DNA of 64,000 nt, taken from positions 11,284,001 to 11,348,000 of the forward strand of contig CM106585.1 in NCBI GenBank assembly GCA_048013815.1, written 5' to 3'. Shown here one piece after another: positions 56,132-64,000 of the stretch. A program made the position numbers and the translations under genes. Origin of the DNA: Setoptus koraiensis (Eukaryota > Animalia > Arthropoda). The notes under the pieces were generated by a model, which was given only the letters and a program-made list of their open reading frames with translations, did no database searches and was not told the origin of the DNA. Position 1 is the stretch's first letter. The number at the start of each line of letters is the position of its first letter.

Positions 56132-58879
56132 GTTTCTGCTGATATTCAACTTGTTACTATTTAAATAATAATTTACGGCTTCTTCGAGTGACTCGTCTAG
56201 TTTGCTTTGAATTTGCGTCTAACTTGCGGTTAATCTCTTCAGTGTGATTGTTGATTAGCGCTTTTTGATTTTGTTCAGAGTGGACTCTGGACAACAGGTT
56301 GTGGTGAGGCTCGGCTGATCAGTGTTCCATTGACCGGCATCGGGCCGGCCTTTTTATATGGCTCGCATGGCTTAGCAGCTCAAATCTGGAGCCAATCTGG
56401 TCAAGGCTTGCCAGTGCAGTGTGCAAAGTGCAAAAAAAAATACTCAAAAACAATATGGCCAATGATAAACCTAACCACAACAGCAAGCATAACAATATGT
56501 GAACTGTCATGGAATGATGTCATCAATTATCAATTAGTCATTACATCACAACAGTAGCGAACAGCGGTGAACATCGGCAAACATGTATTATTATACTAAT
56601 GGGTTATTTGTAACAGTGATGATTCACTATTACTAATATCAATCACAACTACCTGTGTCACTATTAGAATGTGTCGCATTGAGGGCGATGCTCACTGTGT
56701 GACTGCGATGATTCGGTCAATGAACTGATTGAGTCCATATTAATAATCAATCGCCAGGCATTATATAATATTATATAATGCCACAACAATATCCATAGCG
56801 ATAGTTTATTATCAATTACAGCATGCCCAAATGGAGAGAAGAATTATTTTCATAACTTGTGTTGGGTCTCGGTGTTTGTTTTAGATCAATTGATTGGCCG
56901 CAATTATGCATAATAATAAACAAACAAACGCCTGTTGTCGTTTGTGTCAGCCATTTCCTGACTGGGCACCACTCTTATTTTCGCGATCCGCACAGCAACA
57001 CATCCGACCGAGCATGATTTATGCAATAATTACCGTTAGTTTCATTGATTGCAACGGCCATAGTTTCGCTTGCGAGAGAAAATGGATTGGATTAGATCAA
57101 TTAATTAATGAAATGGCTCAAATGGAAACTAGTCAACTTTTCCTTGGTAGCGTTCAATCCAACTCAATGCCATCACACACGATAAACAAAAACAAGAGGC
57201 GTTCATGCTTGTCTAATTTCGGTCCGACAAATGTCGGTAATTTATTTATCTACTGCTTCGTTCATTAGGTTGCATTCGATCGGTTTGCACACTGAGACCA
57301 ATTGCGATCATTCCATTCATTTGTGTATATGGGCAGTTGATTTGTATATAAAAATAATCTTGCAAATGTTGATTATCTTCTCTGATAATGGTGATGTTGC
57401 AAAACGGTCGCTCTAAACGTCCAAATTTGTGTCGATCGATGGGATAATTTACAACGGTTTGTGTTGATATATAATATGTGTATGCAATAATATATACAGA
57501 TATTCGATTAGTTTTCTAAATCGTTTATAGAGCTGCAAATCGGTCAAGGGAGGAGGGGGTGTCTATATATGCGAGATATTTATATAGAGATGAGGTAAGA
57601 ATAGAATACAACAAGAAACAGAGAATTTGCCCATCTCGCTCACTAGTCAGACGATAGTCAGGTTTTTGTTTAAAAACTTAAGATATTCAACAACAAGATT
57701 GCAAGCCCCTAGCACCAGCCGCGTGTGATTTTTTTTTTTGGAAGTGCAAGGCTGCTGCAATTCTAGCTAATGTCTCGTATCGATAAATTTCTATTTAATA
57801 GTGTTTGTTGCTATATAATAATAGAGGGCACAAGATTAAAGAGAAGGAACAGTTTGTGTATGTGTTTGTCTATGAGTATGATGAGCTTTCATGTGGCGAT
57901 GATGATTTGATGGTCCAGTTGAGATGATTTTCGAAAACATTCTGAGTATTGTTAGTGAGTGTTGCTGTTGATCTTGTTATAGTCTACTTTGTCTTAAACA
58001 TTTACACTTATCTGTCCAGCACACCAATAAAAATTGTTCAAATACGACTACTACCAGCACTTGTACAACCGTGCACGCCATTTTCTGTCAATCAATTTTG
58101 TTGACCAATCGAATGATGTCGATCAATCAATTGAACAACATTGAGCAACATCAATTGAAGATGCACCGATGCACAATGTTGCCATGAAAACCTTACTATA
58201 TCTACATGATTAACTAACATTTCTTCTGGTGATGCAAATAAATGTATTTTTGGGGCAGTTTTGTAGCATTATTTCTATCTCTGGCCTGTCTGGTCTATCC
58301 AGGTACATGCATGATGATTTTTCCAGCTAAAACACACGATAATAAATAATGGCGATGCCATTAATACGATAACAATAGTGTGTCATCGCCAAGTATCCAA
58401 AGGCATGCTGACCAATGTTTTCTTTCTTGGACTCTCATCGCGACCACAATCTTGTCTCATGCTGGTATCACTTAAAAGTCCTTCAATTCGCCCTTGGGCC
58501 GCTCTACTCTCTATATATCTATCTATCTATCCATCTATCTATCTATCAACTATGATCGCTCACTAATTGGGCATCCAAATCTGTTTTTTGTTGCTGTTCA
58601 TATTCTTGATTTGTGTGCTGTCCTGGTGGCGGCCATCGGCCTGCCATTGGTCATCTATATCCCTTTCACTGGCAACGGCTGCTTTGAGCCAATTGAAACC
58701 ACACGAACCACAACAAGTGTTTTGGTTGCTTGCCGTGTCGTTTGTTTGCTTGTTTGCTTGCTAGCTTGCGTCATCCATCACCAATTACTTGTTAATAATA
58801 TTATGACCAATGGCTCGACCAATTATGGCTCTACTAAGACGAGCACAACCAATTTAGCGCGACAACTCTAGTTCATCAC

Positions 58880-59637
58880 TTACCAAAGTGCGGGTCTTGC
58901 TAATAGAGCTGGTGCTCCGTAGGCGAGACCTGGTGCGGCCAATGGGAGGGCTGGGGCGGCCAATGGAAGAGCTGGGCGGGCCAACAATGGGGCGGCCAAT
59001 GGGGCTCCGAGGAGGGTGCTGTTTGTTGGATTGAGTGAATGAGGGGCGAGTTAATACATCATTCACAACAAAGCTAGATTTATCTGCAGTCGACAGGTAC
59101 GTGGTCGACAGGTGAGTAGTCGACAGGTAAACTTACTGTGTTGTTGCGTAGGTGGCAACTGGACGGCTGATGGTTTGAGCGGCAATTGGGGCACCAATGT
59201 GTGTTGTTGTGGCAACTGGGGTGTGTGAGAAACCAATTGGCGCATGTCCGATCACAGCTGGTGCAGTCAAGATGGGTGCTGGTGCAGCAAAGATTGGCGC
59301 TGGTGCAGGGATGGCTGGGGCCAATAAAGCTGGTGCGGCCAATGGTGCCGGTGCGAGGTATGGGCCAGCTGGTGCCAACAGGTGGCTGGCGAAGCTTGAT
59401 GAGACGGTTGCCAGGACAACGAGGGCTACAATGTAAGACTGTTTACAAAATATGAGATTAGATAATTAATTAAATTAGTGACTGGTCAAATTAGCATAAC
59501 TGTGTGTGCTAACTGTGTGACAGGACTGTGTCAACTGTCTATACTCGAGTCTTCACTGTTGACTGACCACTGGTGCCCACTCAGCCAGCTAGAGACGGTT
59601 GGTCAGTGGCCGCATATTGCACGCAACTTACATTCAT
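58880..59637 (-). CDS. Low-complexity Ala/Pro-rich cuticular protein; exons 59637-59632, 59438-59137, 59018-58880, about 148 aa
   Basis: A micro first exon ATGAAT|GTAAGT, then signal peptide SYIVALVVLATVSSSFA and repeated AAP(A/L) motifs, ending in W. Both introns (193 and 118 nt) are GTAAGT..ACAG and phase-consistent. No Rebers-Riddiford motif. Confidence 0.86.
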
Positions 59638-59764
59638 CTTTGGTTGTTGTTGATTAGGTTTGCTTGCAGTGAATGCTAAAAGTTGAAGTTGATTGCTGTT
59701 GTTGGGGCTTGTGGTATGTTTTGGCTGGTGTTGTTGTTGTTGTGAGATTGCTTGCTCGTTGACG

Positions 59765-59801
59765 ACTGTGGCCCAATGCAACTTTCGATCGGCCTTATAT
59801 A
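59765..59801 (-). promoter_or_regulatory. TATA box and Inr-like core promoter of the cuticular protein gene
   Basis: TATATAA at 59801-59795, with ACAGT about 30 bp downstream on the minus strand. Confidence 0.6.
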
Positions 59802-60069
59802 GCGGTTGTTGGTTTGTGCCGATGGTCGTAGCTGTGACCTCAACTCTAATTTGCAGTTAACGCTCAACAGGTCGCTAGCTATTTTTGGTCGCCCTTCCCC
59901 CGTCGCCTCTGCGAACAGCAACAGCAAGCAACAGCGACAACAGACCAATCTCTATGTGCAGCAAGTTTGTATTAATGAGTCTGATCTTTAACTGTATGTA
60001 AATTGCACGTAGCTGATGGGTGTTGTTAACTTGTTATTGTTGTCGTTGTTGTTGTCGCTGCTGCCGTCA

Positions 60070-60073
60070 CTGT

Positions 60074-60156
<83 letters not shown>

Positions 60157-60189
60157 TTGTTGTTGTTGTTGCTGCTGCTGCTGTTGTTG
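60070..60189. repeat. (CAACAG)n/(CAR)n microsatellite, about 40 triplets
   Basis: Read directly; it is the source of the poly-Q, poly-L and poly-C ORFs in the ORF track. Confidence 0.95.
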
Positions 60190-63126
60190 TGTACCGTTAC
60201 AAGTGGCCCTTCGTTGCTCGTTCTCTCGATTGGCGTTTGTTTTGCCAGCGAGCCAGCAAGAACATCGCTCGTTCGCTCGTTTGCTCGCTCGCACTACTAT
60301 CGCGTAGCGAGCAGTAGATGACTTAATCAGCCCTCGCCTAGCCCGATAGCTGTGATAATGATTAAAGGCATGTTGCTCAAATTGTTGCTGTCGTTCAACT
60401 GTTTCTACGGCCAGCCATCTACAGCGTTTAGCTGACGATAAAGCCCAAAGAACGGCTAAAAGAAAGAAAGATTTATCATCGGCTTGTTGTTGTTGGCAGT
60501 CGCGAGTACGTGTAGGCTCGTCGGATACTTTGTTGTTGGCGGTTAGTCGACAGGTCGCATTGTTGTTAGCACCGACGCCAGACAACAACAACTATCTTGA
60601 TGATGTTTGAGGGTCTTACGATCTGTTGGAGAGAGCTCTCTCTCTAAAAGTTACTCTCCTTCTCAGCTGGCTGGCTGGCTGGCTTATCCAGCGCTGGCTG
60701 AGCCTTATTTATCCAGCTTCGACTGGATAAATAAGGCAATCTGTTGTCGCTGTGTGTCAGCCTTCGCTCGCCAGAATCTCTCGGATTCCAGCACACACAC
60801 ACACACACACACACACAAAAGTTGGGCGAGAGAGCGAAGAAAAATCTTAACAGGTGTGAGACAGAGTCAGAGAGATTAACACTGATCGTGCGGCCACGTT
60901 ATTTGACCATGAAGATACTCACGCATATTCAAGTTGTGTGTTTCAGGTTGCAAGCTACAGGCAACAAATCAATTTGTTGTGATATTCAACGACTGGCAGT
61001 TTGCAATTGGATAAAATAAAACGAAATGGAATGAAATGAAATAAATTCAACCCTACTGCTGTGCGCAGCAACAACGCCAGACAATGTGGAAAGTGGAGTG
61101 GAAAATTTGAGCGGCCGATTCCATTTACATCATTCCACCATCGAACCAGCAACAACAACAACAACGACACCAGCAACGACAACAGCACAACAACAACAAG
61201 TGTTTACGGTCCTTAATGGACATGGAAATGCGCGACAGCGCAACCAAGTCGCCCGATAATCGCCTCGCACAAACATTTGCACTTGTTGTCTGGCCAAACC
61301 GTTGCATGTTTATCTGCTGCTTACCTGGCCGAACACATTGCCTCACCAATGTGTTTTTCTTTTCACAACGTGTGATACAACACCGCTGGAACAAATTGCC
61401 TGGCGATAAACACACGCCAAGGCGTAACATCCATGCAAGGCAGGGATTTTCGCCGAGCTTTTATGCATTGGTGTGTGTCGAACCGACAGTTGTTGGTTCG
61501 GGCCTCGTTCTCGATCGGTTCCAGAGTCACCTGTTTCGGCCGCCACGCCGCATGCAAATAACTGGATGGATATAACTCGGCTGCATATCAATGAATGCAA
61601 CTGCTGCGCCGCGTATAAATGCATGCGACCTGGCCGGGTACGAAGCGAGATATGAGCGGTCGCAAGCCAATCTCATTAGCCTGATCTGATATATCAATTT
61701 GGTCAATGCAGTTTGCACGCTGTGGAGAAAAATGCTGCTGCAACTTTGGCAACAATGTTAAAATGTTTCTTTTTTATTATTATTGTTGTTATTATTGTTC
61801 CTTCAATGATCAAACTAGTCACGGTCATGCCAGCAACGAGGGGCTTACTTTTTCTTACTCTCTCGCCTGGCTTTGTTCTTGGCAAGCTCGCTAAATGCAG
61901 TAAAAACAGTTATTACACAAATAACTTTTTGCAAACAAATAACCTCCTCGCGTGAATAATGCAGCCTCTTCTTTTTGGTCTAGATTGATCACTTTCGCTA
62001 GATTCGAAGTATCTATTTGGTCTTGATCACGAGTTATTGCGTGTTTGTGTGTGTTGCGCTAATGATGATTGCAGTGCCATTGTGCACCTTTTGCACCTTC
62101 GTAAATCATTGGCCACCAAACGAGCAACAAACAGTGAAATAGATAAAAAACAGACAGCAAAGGGCAACCTTGACCAGACAATTCTGGCTACGGCTTGCCA
62201 GCAAATCGCATCTCGCTCTTATGAACACCAGCTCGTTAGCTGGTTGATTAGTGGCAAAAGATTAATGACACCTATAAATTTAGTTGCACGCGAAGTGTCA
62301 ATGAGTGAGCCAGAGAGAGGCCACTTGTCGAATGAATCTCGCCCGCAAAGCAATCGTGAAATCGACAAACAAACAGATAGACTCATCGGCCATCGATCGG
62401 TTGACGTATTTTGAGTGAGTCAGCCTTCAACGCGGTCCTCTCTTTGTATGGATATGGGCAATATCTGTTGTTGTGACGGCATATTGTCGTGCTAAATTAC
62501 AGATTGTCTTAAATCTTTATTTTTTTTTTTTTTGCAGTACAATGTCGCACTCTCACTCTCAGTATTACTGACAGCGAGAGTCAGTATCAATATTTTGAAT
62601 CTTGTCACTGTGAAGGAATAGCGTCACAGAGCGAAAATCTGAATGAAATCTGTGTATTGTTCGGCAACTTGTACGACAATTTCGGAAGGGATTATAGCTG
62701 CTGCTTGCTGTTGGCAACTCCGACAGAATCGCTCACTATTTCAGCAAGTATTGCCCAGGTATGGATAGTGTGAACTTGAAAACAACAATGGCTCTTTCTT
62801 GCCTTTAACTTCCTCAATCGTTCTCATCTGAAATTTTGTGGAAAACTTGAAGTCCTCGTTTCCTTGAAACGAGCACCTATATATGAATATGGCGATATCT
62901 CAATATCGTCGACAGTTCATTTATCGATTAGCACCAATTGACTCCGTTGGACTAAGTGGTTTCGAATTCGAATTGCCAGCAAGTTTAAAATTGCAAGTTC
63001 TGTTGCTGCACTTACTAACGTTACCTGATAATTTAATTGGCTCTATTATCTCGCGTTCATATCTCATGTGATAGAAATTGCGATTAGAGCAACCCCCACA
63101 GACAGTACACAAATATTGATAAAATC

Positions 63127-64000
63127 ATGAATTTAGGTGAGTAATAATGACAATGCGAAACGTTTGTCTTTCTCTCTCTCTCTATCTCGAGATAATTGGC
63201 GACACGACTAAACGCTCACTATCCTCACGCTCATGATATGCGGCAACTTATTGTTGGTTAAAACGTCCAATTTGAACAATATTGGCAGATCTTTGTCTTT
63301 TGGTTGCCCTACTGGCACTGCTACACAACAGCTTCTCAGTGGGCGCCGAACGACAAGACAATGAATCTGATCGAGAGCGATCCCTACCCGCCAACATAGA
63401 GGAGGGTTTCACCTGTCATTTGAGAACAATCGATTTGTGTTATGCTGGCTTGCTGGCCTCAATGCAGAAACCTCTGCCAACAAGTGACGAAGAGATCGAG
63501 ATTAAATGCGAAGAGGTGCAAGCTGCCCTGGATTGCATAACAACTTATAATTCGCGCTGTGCGACATTGCAAATATTTGGCGGTGCCATGTCGCCGGTGG
63601 ACATTTACGAAGACGCACCGAAGGGCTTCAAATTTTGTGGCAACAGCACAGATCCAGAATCAAAATTATTGCGAAAGAAAGTCAAAGAATTGGCACCTTG
63701 TGTCAACGAACGAATGAACATGCTGAAAAAATGCTTTGCTGATTTCCAAACGGCAGTGGTGATATTTCACGAACCACCAAAACCGTTGCCCACAAAACCG
63801 CTCTGCTGTAGCCTGGACAGATTTCGCATTTGCTCCCAGGATGTGTTAGATGGGGCCTGTGGTTTTGGCTCGTTTAAGGAACTTGAGGCCACCATGATGA
63901 ACTCAATGCCGCGAGTTTTTGACACCGTCTGTCGTCAGGCTAAATACAAGACTAAGTTTTGCAATGACATTCTACCGCCGCCGGGCACACCAACACCCGT
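63127..64000 (+). CDS. Secreted Cys-rich protein of an uncharacterised arthropod type (DUF19/DUF1397-like architecture), truncated by the window end; exons 63127-63136 and 63289->64000
   Basis: Not in the ORF track because it has no stop in the window. ATGAATTTAG|GTGAGT..GGCAG|AT gives MNLDLCLLVALLALLHNSFSVGA, then more than 210 open codons with regularly spaced Cys (CHLRTIDLC, C..Y..RC, APCVN, CC..RFRIC, CG). The family label is tentative. Confidence 0.8.

Noticed and set aside
60016-60591. 174-aa ORF ending in about 40 Gln, plus poly-Leu and poly-Cys ORFs on the other strand
   Set aside because: All arise from one microsatellite just upstream of the cuticular gene promoter. There is no ATG start or domain and the stop follows the repeat immediately.
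1-64000. CRISPR arrays, rRNA, tRNA, snRNA, autonomous transposase/RT genes, horizontally acquired bacterial genes
   Set aside because: None was recognised by eye. tRNAscan-SE, Infernal and RepeatMasker runs would be needed to exclude divergent copies.

Overview
Eukaryotic (arthropod) genomic DNA, not prokaryotic: I found no operons, rRNA, tRNA or CRISPR. The genes are very compact and intron-poor. Most introns are about 90-240 nt, many genes are intronless, and convergent stop codons lie 20-80 bp apart. These blocks alternate with microsatellite-rich non-coding stretches. The pattern suggests a mite with a streamlined genome such as an eriophyoid, but that is inference only. Genes assembled by hand from the ORF track plus GT-AG sites: Psc/BMI1-type PCGF, class-2 DYRK kinase, BET1L, TRMT11, EARS2, an orphan AT-hook/heptad-repeat/C2H2 protein, MECR, cofilin, a low-complexity protein with tentative RBM33-like motifs, a GAK/auxilin lacking PTEN-C2, ZNF593, MPP6, a two-finger PLDLS protein, KCTD9, CLIP-170/CLIP-190, two secreted Cys-rich proteins and an AAP-rich cuticular protein. 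A miR-219 hairpin is also present. Highlights: (1) a nested pair of non-autonomous DNA transposons fills the ZNF593/MPP6 divergent promoter, so both genes have the same 78-bp sequence just upstream; (2) miR-219 has a 51-nt loop that contains an 8-mer match to its own seed; (3) several conserved proteins show domain or motif loss or large insertions (GAK, KCTD9, CLIP, Psc RING, ZNF593). Homology calls come from recalled motifs; no database search was run.
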